NCBI GenBank assembly: GCA_964016885.1
Contig: OZ024745.1
Coordinates: 78,802,001 to 78,866,000, forward strand
DNA from: Eledone cirrhosa
Lineage: Eukaryota
Reading direction: 5' to 3'
DNA: 64,000 nucleotides
In this document: positions 50,901 through 63,399 of the stretch, piece after piece
Layout of the letters: every line of letters begins with the position of its first letter
How positions within the stretch are numbered: the stretch's first letter is position 1
Notes under the pieces: generated by a model
Seen by the model: only the letters and a program-made list of their open reading frames with translations
What the model was told of the DNA's origin: nothing
The model's database searches: none
Translations under genes and position numbers: made by a program

Positions 50901-52297
50901 CCTTTCCTTCCTCGATCATCTCTAGTGTGTACCATCATCACCCCTTCCTTCCTCAGTCATCTCTAGTGTGTGACATCATCACCCCTTCCTTACTCAATCA
51001 TCTCTAGTGTGTGACATCATCACCCCATCCTTCCTCAATCATCTCTAGTGTGTGACATCATCAGCCCTTACTTCCTCAATCATCTCTAGTGTGTGACATC
51101 ATCACCCCTTCCTTCCTAAATCATCTCTAGTGTGTGACATCATCACTCCTTCCTAAATCATCTCTAGTGTGTAACATCATCACCCCTTCCTTCCTCAGTT
51201 ATCTCTAGTGTGTGACATCATCATCCCTTCCTTCCTCAATGATCTCTAGTGTGTGACATCATCACCCCTTCCTTCCTCAGTCATCTCTAGTGTGTGACAT
51301 CACCCCTTCCTTCCTCAATCATCTCTAGTGTGTGACATCATCACCCCTTCCTTCCTCAGTCATCTCTAGTGTGTAGCATCATCACCCCTTCCTTCCTCAA
51401 TCATCTCTAGTGTGTGACATCATCACCCCTTCCTTCCTCAATCATCTCTAGTGTGTGACATCATCACCCCTTCCTTCCTCAATCATCTCTAGTGTGTAAC
51501 ATCATCACCCCTTCGTTCCTCAATCATCCCTAGTGTGTGACATCATCACCCCTTCCTTCCTCAATCATCTCTAGTGTGTGACATCATTACCCCTTCCTTC
51601 CTCAATCATCTCTAGTGTGTGACATCATCACCCCTTCCTTCCTCAGTCATCTCTGGTGTGTAACATCATCACGCCTTCCTTCCTCAATCATCTCTAGTGT
51701 GTGACATCATCACCCATTCCTTCCTCAGTCATCTCTAGTATGTGACATCATCACCCCTTCCTTCCTTAATCATCTCTACTGTGTAACATCATCACCCCTT
51801 CCTTCCTCAATTATCTCTAGTGTGTGACATCATCATCCCTTCCTTCCTCAATTATCTCTAGTTTGTGACATCACCCCTTCCTTCCTCAATCATCTCTAGT
51901 GTGTGACATCATCATCCCTTCCTTCCTCAGTCATCTCTAGTGTGTGACATCATCACCTCTTCCTTCCTCAATCATCTCTAGTGTGTGACATCACCCCTTC
52001 CTTCCTCAATCATCTCTAGTGTGTGACATCATCACCCCTTCCTTCCTCAGTCATCTCTAGTGTGTGACATCATCACCTCTTCCTTCCTCAATCATCTCTA
52101 GTGTGTGACATCATCACGCCTTCCTTCCTCAATCATCTCTAGTGTGTGACATCACCCCTTCCTTCCTCAATCATCTCTAGTGTGTGACATCATCACCCCT
52201 TCCTTCCTCAGTCATCTCTAGTGTGTGACATCATCACCCCTTCATTCCTCAATCATCTCTCGTGTGTGACATTATCACCCCTTCCTTCCTCAATCAT
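35903..52297. repeat. 41-bp minisatellite, main block (~400 units, 16.4 kb)
   Basis: Same unit with point variants and occasional short units. Copy number estimated as length/41. Confidence 0.98.
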
Positions 52298-52863
52298 TGT
52301 AATTGTGTGATGGAAGGACATTAGGAATTTGCTCAAAATTATATATAGATGAAAAATCTGTCAATATAGCTATTATTTCACACACTTATTGTTAATGACA
52401 ACAGCAATGCCCATTAATGCACACTTGTTGAGTAAAGAAAATAGTGAAAAATAGCCAGTTTGGGCTTTGCTCATAAATCTGGTTATGAATAGTCTGTGAA
52501 CATGGGTTTTCCAATACACTTGTTACAGTTTGAATGTTTTTACAGATCACAACATTAACAACAACATCAACAACCTTCAGGCATACACACACAAACATCA
52601 CCATCTGAGTAGTACACACATAGAATCAGTTTCACTTGATTAGCCCTAATTTGGGCTCCATATCTTTGGATATGGAGAAAGCAAAGTCTGACATGGAACA
52701 ATGACAAAATTGTGTTCAAAAGAGCTTCAACTTCTTCTCTAAAGGACATATTCAGCGGAAGCCAAAGTGAATATGTACTATTGTTTCCAAAAGCCAATTA
52801 AAGAAAGCTCTAGCAGATGTCTAGGCTAGTGTATTATATATAGAACAGAAAAAAGCTTACAGT

Positions 52864-53300
52864 ATGAACTGCCTAACTTTTTGTACTGAAAACAAAGCTT
52901 GCACTCAAACAGAGATATTGAGCAAAATACTCATCCATACGCTTGTGTCCCAGTACATAGGACAGTGTAAAACAAGAATAACATTCAGAGACACATCGAG
53001 TGATATTGACTCTTGGGTCATTGTTGCTTTTGTAAAGCTATGTGAGCTGGTGATAAGCACAAAAGTAGTGAGAAATGATATGTGGTTGGGAGGGATCAAC
53101 ATAGACTTGCAAATTCTTATGGCTCTTCAGCATAGCAAAGTCATTCTGTAACTGTACCCTATTGTAAACACTGTGTTAAAGGAAATAAGATTAATAGTGC
53201 ATGATAGAAGGCCCAGTTGTTACACTTGTAACAGTAAAAGGCATTTGAGGGTTTTCTGCCCCAAGAAGCTGAACAAAACACAAAGAAAGAACAAGAAAGT
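52864..53300 (+). pseudogene. Decayed non-LTR ORF1 (gag-like) fragment with a zinc knuckle
   Basis: RRPSCYTCNSKRHLRVFCP fits CX2CX4HX4C; the upstream frame is broken. Confidence 0.5.
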
Positions 53301-54103
53301 TCTGATGCCTGCTATTCCAACAGCACTGATTGAAACTCTGAAGATGATCCTAAAATCTGCCTTTTCCTCAATTCCAGAAAGAAATGATGCCAAGGCACAT
53401 TCTCCTAATCATTAGATGAGATGTAGCTTGAATTTGTCCCATCATGCTAGTGTGGAAAATGAATGTTAAATGGCTATGATGATGATGATGATATATTTAA
53501 TATATATAGCTTATTTTGGCTGATTCAGTGACCCATTACACTGGAGTCTCCTCAGCATACTACAGGTTCATCAGACATTTGTACATTACAGCCATCATCA
53601 TCACCATCATCATTGAAGATATATTTTCCCTGCTAACAATGGTTATGATGATGATATATATATATATATATATATATTATCACATACCAATGTCAACAAT
53701 GCTAATGTGTGGCAAGTTTAAATAAACTGTTTCTACGACATCCAAATGTGGCTGGTTTGAATGCTAAAAACTTTTGAAAAATGTATGCACACACTCCCTC
53801 AGATAAACATACAATAGAACCTTTTAAGTGGTCACCAGACCAGCTAGAAATAGCAATCAAATTTCATTCAAATCACACTCTACTGTCTCAAAAATAGAAA
53901 AGACACATTGAATAATGTTCCTAATATACAAAAAGATAAAATTGTTTCACCAGGAATGCAGTTGAACATATGTTTGCTCAGTCAGGGGTTAAAAAACAAT
54001 ATCAATAACAACATATCCTTCTGATACTGTTCATGGTTGTATGCACACTCATATGTAAAACCTTAATGATAGGACAAATATATATAAACTCTGTTATACA
54101 TAC

Positions 54104-54349
54104 CTGGTTCTGTTCCTCTAGTCATTGATGCCATTAAATAGAGTGGATTCAAATAACTAATTTCACTGTTTTCTGCTAATGCCTTTTGTAATATTCTTGC
54201 CATTTGTTTGGTCTCAACAAACACTATAACTTGAGAGTTTCGCTTATTGTTAAATTGTTCCTTGATTACGTCAACAAGTTTCAGAAAACACTTACTTTCA
54301 GCATCTATTTCTCTCTGTGTGCTATCTTTTTCAAATTCATTTAGTTTAC
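54104..54349 (-). CDS. RIG-I-like receptor exon (Hel2 motif IV); absent from the ORF track
   Basis: cctag|GT...CCAG|gtatg, 246 nt, phase 1-1. SKLNEFEKDS...KLVDVIKEQFNNKRNSQVIVFVETKQMARILQKAL...SYLNPLYLMASMTRGTEP. Confidence 0.92.
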
Positions 54350-54959
54350 CTAGGATAAATAGAATAATATAGAATATATCAAAATTCCTTTGTTGTCATT
54401 TGTTCCATTATTAGAGCTCAAAGTTTGAATACAGATGATAAATATATATAACATACTAACAAAAGAGAACATGACTAACTATAGAATGATTCATTGATTT
54501 TGTCATCATTTGATATAGCACTAGGGCACTGGTAAAGACTACTTCTTACTGAAATATTAATCCTGAGCACAAAGGATAACTCCAGTTATGTATAGCATTC
54601 AAGTATATAGGTGATAAATATTTTGCAAGTTGAACACAACTTCTTTGATAATGGATTGATGAAGGAGCTTCACCACTGTCTCTTGGCCTACTAGAAATGG
54701 AGAAAACACTGTTTCATTGTGAAAACAACATGCCAGATAAGACAATCAGATGGTTACAAATGGAGTGTCAGACATGATAGAACTGTAATATACATCAACA
54801 TACAGATGGAAAAACTGACATGGCTAGCTACACTAAGAACAACAATGAAATACATTAACAATAAATATATGCACATCACTACCAACTTTGCCTACCAACC
54901 CCACAGACTACAACCACAATTTAATACATACACATCCAAACACTATTATTGAAGATGCC

Positions 54960-56200
54960 ATCTCTATACATGGCTTACATGGCCCTCATGAGGCATTCAT
55001 CTACACCTAGCTTCCTCAGTGCCCACCATATAATAGAAGTGGGAACTCTGTCAAAGGCCTTATCCAGATCCACAAAACACATCCAGAGCTTTACTCTTAG
55101 CTAAGTACTTCTCCTGCAGTTATTTCACAAGGAAGAGGACATAAGTAGTAACCCTACCTGGTACAAAGCCAAACTACATCTGGTTTAGCTTGATTCTGTT
55201 CCTAATTAGTTTTGCTATAACTCTTTCAATAATTTCATCACCTTGTCCATCAACTTGATACCTCTATTGTCACTTCTCTCAAGTACATCTCCTTTGCCCT
55301 TGTAGCAGTTTTATCAGTCATTGGATATGACCTCTTCCTGTTCTACTTATTAATTATGCATCTGACTAGCTCATGTCTTACCATGCCAGATGCTTTTTGT
55401 ACTTCAGCAACTATACCAGATGGTCCGGCTACTTCCCTTCTTTCATGTCTTTAATTGCTTTATCTATCACACTGCTATCAATTTTTATGGCTGGTCCCTC
55501 AGTTAGATCTACATGGGTTAGGCCTTCACTAAGATATAAATTCTTTTCATTCATCAGTCTCTCATAGTAGGACTTCCATGCCACTTTTTTTTAATCACTC
55601 AGAGCAAATGCTTCACTATCATTTCCAACTATGTCTTAATCTCCTCTAGCACACTGTCTCATAATCCAGAACACTTCATGCTATTGATCCTTACATTTAG
55701 AATATGTACAAATGCCTTTTCTGCTTCTCCCCTTGTTAAGCACACATGGTACCTGGCAGCTCTTCTAACTAGTTGGTATTGCTCTCTTTCCCCCAATCTA
55801 TCCAGACTTGTCATTTTGCTTTTATGGCTTTATCTAACCTCTCATTCCACTGTCATGTCACCCTCCATCTTGGGAGGACCTTGCTCCAACTGCACCTTAT
55901 CTTGCAGACTTTCACAATTTTTCTCTATGCTATAAGTCTCCAATTCTTCTTCCCTACTGTCATAGCCATCAAGTAGGATTTCTCTGAATTTGTTACCATC
56001 TGAGGGTTCTATTAATTTCCATATCTTTCTTCTCCAGTCTTACTTTTGCCCCTTAGTCTATCAAGCTCTTACTTTAATGTCACTGATAACTTATCTGTGT
56101 TTAAAAATACATCTTTCACTAGGGAAGGATTTGGCATTTACGACCATTTGCCTATCTCATTTTCTTATGAGAATGAAATCTATTTGGATTGTATGTGCCT
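54960..56200 (-). pseudogene. Decayed RTE-like LINE ORF2 (endonuclease end to RT)
   Basis: Minus strand gives YKGKGDVLERSDNRGIKLMDK, FGFVPGR and FVDLDKAFDRVP, with stops. Confidence 0.75.
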
Positions 56201-56730
56201 CTGATTTATTTCCACACCACACATACATATACAGAGAGGTGAGTTAGCCATCCTGCTACTGCTGCATTCATTCCATTTGCATGGGAAGGCGAGTTCCTCG
56301 TATTACAGAATATTACCAGATTTTTTCAGTCCTGGATCATCTCTTTGTAAGGTTCAGCTGCATGAGGATAGCCCTCAACAGATCACCTCAGGTTTTCCTA
56401 GGTCTTCCTCTTCCAAGGGTTCCTTTGACTTCAAGTACCTTGCATTTCTTTATGCATTACATGTCCATACCATTACATGTCCATACCATTACATGTCCAT
56501 ACCATTACACATACTGATGTCTCTTATGACCAGTTTTTCTCTCAGCTCATTCATACTTCATCACTCATGTATACTACTATTACACATCCATCAGAACATG
56601 CTCACCCACCTCATTTCTCTCCAATCTTCATATGTCTTCCATACACAAAGCCCAAATTTCACTACCATTCACACACAAGCATCATACAGTCTGCCTTTTA
56701 TTTTTTACTCCAGCTACTGTACTTTCATAA

Positions 56731-56772
<42 letters not shown>

Positions 56773-56920
56773 GTCTCTCTCTTGTGTGTGTGTGTGGTAG
56801 GGGAGTTTCTATATAAACTCTGGTATATGTAAATATATATGTGTATGTAAAGAGAAAAAAATAAGAAAATAGAAAATGATAATACATATAAAACAAAATA
56901 GAAGTGCATAAACAACTTAC

Positions 56921-57050
56921 TTTGTAGCATTTGCTTCAAGTTTTTACAAGCATCTGTATCAAGTGATTCTGAAGCTAAATATTCATGTAGCATATTTAAG
57001 GCATCTGATACACGGTAGCCTTTTACTAAATTTAAAGCTGCGTTACAATT
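56921..57050 (-). CDS. RIG-I-like receptor exon (Hel2i insertion domain)
   Basis: atag|AAT...CAAA|gtaagt, 130 nt, phase 0-1. NCNAALNLVKGYRVSDALNMLHEYL resembles RIG-I [21 protein letters not shown]. Confidence 0.9.
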
Positions 57051-59339
57051 CTATATTATAAAAAATGTAGAAATGGTTAAGTAAATATTTATTTTCACCT
57101 GTCTTATTACTGATTTTTAAGGGGAAATATCTATATATTTAAATTAATCTCACTATATATATAGAACTGATTTTTAATGATTATAACAGAAGTGCTAAAA
57201 CTATGTCCCACAAGCTGGAACCAGCTCACAGACACTAACATTTGCTTTACTTATTTCATTAAGAAGGGAAAACATTTCAATATTTATTTTTATTTTTATC
57301 ATACACCTGAATGTCTTAAGTAGTACATAATTAGTTAGATGTCACCTTTCTTATTTCACCAAAAATTGATGACAAGAGAAATGTTATCTACACCCTATTA
57401 ATACTAGAGTTGCAATTGCTCCCAACTAGATGAAATTTAAACAGCTACATCTTCAGTGATAAATTTGAACTTGTTTTTAAAAAGAAATAATATGTTTACA
57501 AAAGTTATTTATTGTTTTGTTTAAATGCAAGCTTCCTAATTTAAAAATTCCCTGGGATATCAAATATTAAATGGGGGACAGAAGAATAATTTAAATGAAA
57601 AGAAATAATGGTGGAATGGACAATAAAGTATGGCAGTCTATATACTTTTAACATTCTTATAAGTCCTTCTCTAAAAGCATTTTAGAATCCCTATAAAAAA
57701 GATGTGGAAAAGCATGATTGTTCCCAGCAAGATTTGAACTGAAAACAAAGAAAGTAACTAATTATCATAAAGAATTGGTTTTACACTTTACACTATGGTG
57801 GGGATTTAATATACAATTGCACTCATGCATATGCATATGTTCTCTTTATACCAAAGACAGCATGAAAACCAATAAATCCAATACATTTGATGAATACATT
57901 TATGTTTAAAGCATTCATATTTTTGTTATAGAAGGCTTGGGAGTATACTCCATGTTCTTAACAAAATGTCATCATATGTCTGTTTGTCTATGCTGGCTAG
58001 GATTGAATAGGTTTCATGTCTTGCCACCCACCACTGTCCTTCATTATTATTTAGTTGTTGTCATTTTGGAATGGTTTCCATGGCTCAATGTTCTTTTGGC
58101 TTGAATATCATTGGGGGAAAATTTGTGAAGTCAAGACCTGAAGTTAGAGGACAAATTTTTCACTTCTGAGCAGTACAAAAAATTTCAGATGTCTGTTCAG
58201 ATTTACCATGAAAATCCCCTAGCATACTCAATAACTGATTTCAATCAGGTGAAAGAGTTAATGGATTATTTGGCAGCAGTCATCATCATCCTTTTTATAT
58301 CCATTTGCCCAAACTAGCATGGGTTGGATGGGTCTTTTCCAGCACACCTTCCTTCCACTGGTTGTGAACCTTTGTCATCGCTGTGGAGTTCAGCATTTTG
58401 AGATCTGCTCTCACAAACCACTTTACCACATGCAATGAATACACTTTATCTTGCTACCAATTCTAATAAGGTTGTCCTCTGTAAGACAAAAGAAACTCCT
58501 CTACCTTATAGTAGCTTCATTTGGTCATTCCTTTTTGGTATGCCATCTACCACAGGATGCCCTTCCTAATAGGAACTATCTAAAGCATGAGCTGTGTGTA
58601 TTTTTATTGTTGCAATGACACATAGGAAATGGAAACTTATTACTGCAATTTATATTTATAGATTGTTACATAAATCAGTCTGTAATCCATTCTTAAACAG
58701 CTGAGAAAGTGTTAGTATCATGGTATGGATACAAGACATAGTTACACACACATACACACACACTGTGAGGTGGCTAATAGTGAAAACCTCATTAGACCCC
58801 AATGCCTGCCATAATACCAGAAGTGAACTATGGAAACATTGCCCATACTTCACAGAATGGGTTTTTCAATTCTGATCTATGCAGAACCTGTTGCCCACAT
58901 CACACCAGTATCCTACCACCCTGCATACAATAGATACCTGCTACAATGCTGACGCTTGCTAGACAGCCAAGGATATCAACTGGATATCAAGTGAAAATTC
59001 CCCTTCACACTCATGTGCTATATCAGACAAAAACAAATGCATCCAACACAAAAAAAATTCCTCCAAGAGTTGCCTCCATTCAATCAAAAAACAACTTTTT
59101 CAAAGTGATTCAGCACCAGAAGTAAACAAGACCCCAAAAGCATGTATATTTTTTTCATAAAGGCTGAAAATGTATGGTGCATGTGAGATTAATCTTCTAC
59201 AATTAGATAGATGCTATCATGAAACTCTGATAAAAGCATATGCTTAGTTGCTCTGTATTTTAAGTAATACAAAATACCTCTATGTTTACATATCAAGGAC
59301 TCATTCTTTTGTAATTACAATTCACTATCAGAAAACATT

Positions 59340-59650
59340 AATCCCGCCAAGGTTAACTTTGCCTTTCATCCTTACGGGGTCGATAAAATAAAGTACCAGT
59401 AATATACTGAAATAATTGCTGGCCTTGTGCCAAAAGTAGAAACAATTATTTATTTATATATAAGGGCGGTGGATTGGCAGTATCAGTAGAGGATCGGACG
59501 CCATACTTTCCAGCATAGTTACGTCCCTTTACGATCTGAGTTCAAATCCCGCCGAGGTTGACTTTGCCTTTTATCCTTACGGGGTTGATAAAATAAAGTA
59601 CCAGTAATGCACTGGGTAATTGCTGGCCTTGTGCCTAAAGTAGAAACAAT
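59340..59650 (+). mobile_element. Two tandem tRNA-derived SINE copies (partial 59340-59447, full 59463-59650)
   Basis: GGCGGTGGATTGGCAGTATCAG...GAGTTCAAATCCCGCCGAGG...CTTGTGCCTAAAGTAGAAACAAT. Confidence 0.88.
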
Positions 59651-59658
59651 TATTTATT

Positions 59659-59730
<72 letters not shown>

Positions 59731-59764
59731 TTACAGTAATCAAAGTTCAGTTTAAGTCATTTAT

Positions 59765-59813
59765 TTGCTTACAATTGTTTCCTCCAAACCGAGGTTTGGA
59801 TTCTTCGGAGCAA
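59765..59813 (-). ncRNA. Minimal hammerhead, CCGAAGA core variant (sense to the RLR pre-mRNA)
   Basis: Reverse complement of 60163-60211. Confidence 0.75.
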
Positions 59814-60162
59814 CTATTTATAACATACTTGACCTCCTTTTCAACCCAAGAGACACATAAAACATATGCGCATATTGATCAACAGTATAGATAAGACAAG
59901 CGTGCATGCTACACGGGAGATTGCTTCATGCACTGACTACTCTAAGCTTTCCTCTTGCTTTATCTTCATAGACTGCCAACGCTTCATGTTTATCTTTATT
60001 TTCACTCTTGCTTTTATTTTATTTTATTTTTATCATGTAACACTTTATATGTAAATTGCCATGCTGTTTCATTTGATGAATGTCACCCCACTGTTGATCA
60101 ATATGCGCATATGTTTTATGTGTCTCTTGGGTTGAAAAGGAGGTCAAGTATGTTATAAGTAG

Positions 60163-60211
60163 TTGCTCCGAAGAATCCAAACCTCGGTTTGGAGGAAACA
60201 ATTGTAAGCAA
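60163..60211 (+). ncRNA. Minimal hammerhead, CCGAAGA core variant
   Basis: TTGCT-CCGAAGA-aTCCAAACC-tc-GGTTTGGAg-GAAA-CAATTG-TA-AGCAA. Confidence 0.8.
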
Positions 60212-60447
60212 ATAAATGACTTAAACTGAACTTTGATTACTGTAATCTCTATATAACTGCTCTGTATAACAACTGATGTTATTACATTGAGCTATTTAAC
60301 TTACTGGTAATAGGATAGTAATTAAAGACTATCTCTCACTATTTAGGGTTTGTGTATATATAATATATTACCATCAAAGGTTTTATTGCATACATAACCA
60401 TAAATAGTACCCTTAATACTATATATATATATATGTGTATATATATA

Positions 60448-60485
<38 letters not shown>

Positions 60486-60696
60486 AACGGAAAAAATGAA
60501 ATGAAATTTCATTTCCCATTCTTAGTACGGCTGTTACTTAAATATAAATATGTACACGTACATACATATATGTATACAGACGCACAGTAGTATGTATATA
60601 TATATACATAACCCACTCGATATGCAAATTGGACTACTCAGCAGTTAATATACATAAGGTAAGGATATACGTTCAACAATCTGGCAAGAAGGTATA

Positions 60697-60737
60697 CGTT
60701 GCTGACGATAGCTAATAAGCTTGAAACTAGTACAGCG
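60697..60737 (+). ncRNA. Minimal type I hammerhead ribozyme
   Basis: CGTTG-CTGACGA-TAGCTAATAAGCTT-GAAA-CTAG-TA-CAGCG. Confidence 0.85.
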
Positions 60738-61116
60738 TTCCTTTGTCAGTGTTGAACAAACGACCAACGATGGTTGCTAGACACTACGGCTTAATACGGG
60801 ATGTTTGTTTACAAACACACCGAGCATTATAATAAATGTTCGGTGAATCCATACGTACATATATATATGTGTGCATGTATGTATATATATATACATACTA
60901 CTGTGCGTCTGTATACATATATGTATGTACGTGTACATACTTATATTTAAGTAACAGCCGTACTAAGAGTGGAAAATGAAATTTCATTTCATTTTTTCCG
61001 TTTATCGTTTTCGGTGCACCCGGCCGATTAACCCACTCGATATGCAAATTGGGCTACTCAGCCGTTAATATACATAAGGTAAGTATATACGTTCAACAAT
61101 CTGGCAGGAAGGTATA

Positions 61117-61157
61117 CGTTGCTGACGATAGCTAATAAGCTTGAAACTAGTACAGCA
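61117..61157 (+). ncRNA. Minimal type I hammerhead ribozyme (second unit)
   Basis: Same as 60697-60737 except the terminal CAGCA. Confidence 0.83.
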
Positions 61158-61361
61158 TTCCTTTGTCAGTGTTGAACAAACGACCAACGATGGTTGCTAG
61201 ACACTACGGCTTAATACGGGATGTTTGTTTACAAACACACCGAGCATTATAATAAATGTTTGGTGAATCCATACGTACATATATATATGTGTGCATGTAT
61301 GTATATATATATACATACTACTGTGCGTCTGTATACATATATGTATGTACGTGTACATACT

Positions 61362-61390
<29 letters not shown>

Positions 61391-61392
<2 letters not shown>

Positions 61393-61568
61393 GCGGTGAA
61401 TTGGCAGAGTGTCGGACACCAAACTTTCCAGCATAGTTACGTCCCTTTACGGTCTGAGTTCAAATCCCGTCGAGGTTAACTTTGCCTTTTATCCTTACGG
61501 GTCGATAAAATAAAGTACCAGTAATGTACTGGGTAATTGCTGGCCTTGTGCCAAAAGTAGAAACAATT
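61391..61568 (+). mobile_element. tRNA-derived SINE
   Basis: AGGCGGTGAATTGGCAGAGTG...GAGTTCAAATCCCG...GTGCCAAAAGTAGAAACAAT. Confidence 0.88.
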
Positions 61569-61574
61569 ATATAT

Positions 61575-62250
61575 ATATTTTACCTGATCTTTTAAAACTA
61601 GGATAGTTGTAGCGAATCTATGTTTGGATTTCAACATTTCTAACTTGGCAAAGACTAAAGATCTGGTAAGTAGAAAGGAAAACAAGGCCCTGACTCCCTC
61701 AGGTATATGGCCTTCCTCTGTGTATAGGAAAAGAATGGGTAGAAATTCCATCCTTTGTCCTAAATGCAAATTATGGGTACACAAAAGATGTAGAGGGATC
61801 ACAGGCAGACTAGCAATGAATGTAGGTTTTTACATGTGGTCAATACACAGGATCAGTAAGCAGCAAGTACTCACAGGAAATGAGTTCTATCAAATTCTTA
61901 GAGGGTTCCATAGAAGTTTCTGTTATCTGGGTAACCAAATTAGCAGTGGGATGGGGGGTCTGAAAGTACAGTAACCAGAGTGAGAATGAGAAAAGAAAGT
62001 TCAGGGAGCTACTACCACTGCTAGCTACATAAGGTTTTTTTCTCAAAAATAAAAATAAAGGGTATATTGTATGATGCATGTATACAAACAGAAATACTGT
62101 ATGGTAGTGAGACATGGGTACTGAGTGCAGAAACCCTACAAATATTGGATAGAAATGAAGCTTGCATGCTCCAATGGATGTGTAATATACATGATTTGTG
62201 AAGCTTAAAAGAACTGAGAAACTGGGAATAAGAAGGGGCAGATGCAGTGT
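61575..62250 (+). pseudogene. Decayed RTE-like LINE RT 3' part with a Cys-rich (PHD-like) insert
   Basis: NLAKTK, GRNSILCPKCKLWVHKRCRGITG, FCYLG, LYGSETWVL and NEACMLQWMC. Confidence 0.7.
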
Positions 62251-62764
62251 GCATATTCTGTGTTCAAATTTCCCCTACGTAAACGATTTCATCTTTCCAA
62301 ATACTGGAATCAATATAATCAACTTTACCCTTGAAGACAGTACCCAATGACTGAATCCAACAAAAAATATATCATGTACCCAGAGATTGGTCCAATGATA
62401 TTTTTAGAGGGTTTTCTATTTGAGACCTTCATTTTTTTTTAACAATGGCAGGAATTTGCCTGATTCCATTACAAAGTCCTTGTTTATTTTCTTAAACATA
62501 TTTTTCTTTGATATCTTTCTTTTTTTAATAGATGCCATGCATATATTCATACATACTTGCATATGCATACATACAATCACACACAAAGTGCATAACACAA
62601 CTGCACAATTTGACATAATATTTCTAATTACCAGGCTGAAAAATTTGTTTACATGATGCATTCCAAAGTATAACCAGTATGTTCTTGCATCAAAAAAGAA
62701 ATACAACAATGCTGAAACTGTAACAATTGATTTTGGCAATATATTTGTTTCTTGTGCTACTTAC

Positions 62765-62892
62765 CTCCAGAAAAAATAAACTAGCAAATTCATGATTGAA
62801 TTCCAAAGTAGAGGCCTGCAGACATTTTTTGGCATCACTTAACCATCCAATGTATTGATTATTACCGTATGAAAGCAAACTGCTTGGTAACA
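62765..62892 (-). CDS. RIG-I-like receptor exon (Hel2i); upstream exons lie beyond the window
   Basis: ttaaag|TG...GAG|gtaagt, 128 nt, phase 1-0. SYGNNQYIGWLSDAKK resembles RIG-I FGTQKYEQWIVTVQK. Confidence 0.85.
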
Positions 62893-63399
62893 CTTTAAAT
62901 AAAAAAGAGAAAATATATAAACAGAAAAAAGAAGAGTGAATGAATATGTTAAAAGAATTCTAAAACAAAGGAAAAGGAGGACATTTTTTTTATTTTAGAA
63001 AGAATGGGAGGTATATTACTGAATGTGAAAAAGAAAAATGAAATAATAAACCAAATAAAAGGTTTACTTATTTTATACACTCTCAAAAGCTGAAAATGAA
63101 ATTTAACATGAGCAGAATTTGAATCCCAAATAGGAAGACTTCAAATTTGATAAATTGCAAAGAACAAGTTCAACTATTTACTAATAATTTACAAGTGCAT
63201 AGAAGGGGCATCATGACTGACATTCTAACAGCAAGAATGGCCCCCAACTATTTCTTCCATGGGAAACATAAAGGATGTGTTGTCTATGTGAGGGTGTGTG
63301 CTTTAAAATATGTAACTTCAAGAGCTGTTCAATGATCCCTGGTGTTGGAAGCAAAATGCAACAACAAAGTTATATTTCAATCTTTTCTACATGTCAAAC

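Larger units (their letters stand above)
59728..60420. mobile_element. Non-coding HHR element with ~159-bp inverted arms, inserted in (TA)n
   Basis: 59728-59886 is the near-perfect reverse complement of 60090-60248. HHRs at 59765-59813 (minus) and 60163-60211 (plus). Confidence 0.8.
60483..61365 (+). mobile_element. Retrozyme-like element, ~420-nt family, copy 3 (1.8 tandem units plus inverted 5' tip)
   Basis: ACCCACTCGATATGCAAATTGG at 60611 and 61031 (period 420). 60483-60610 is inverted relative to 60878-61005. Two HHRs; (TA)n on both sides. Confidence 0.85.

Noticed and set aside
32615-52297. CRISPR-like array
   Set aside because: Units are contiguous 41-bp repeats with no unique spacers, there are no cas genes, and the context is a eukaryotic intron.
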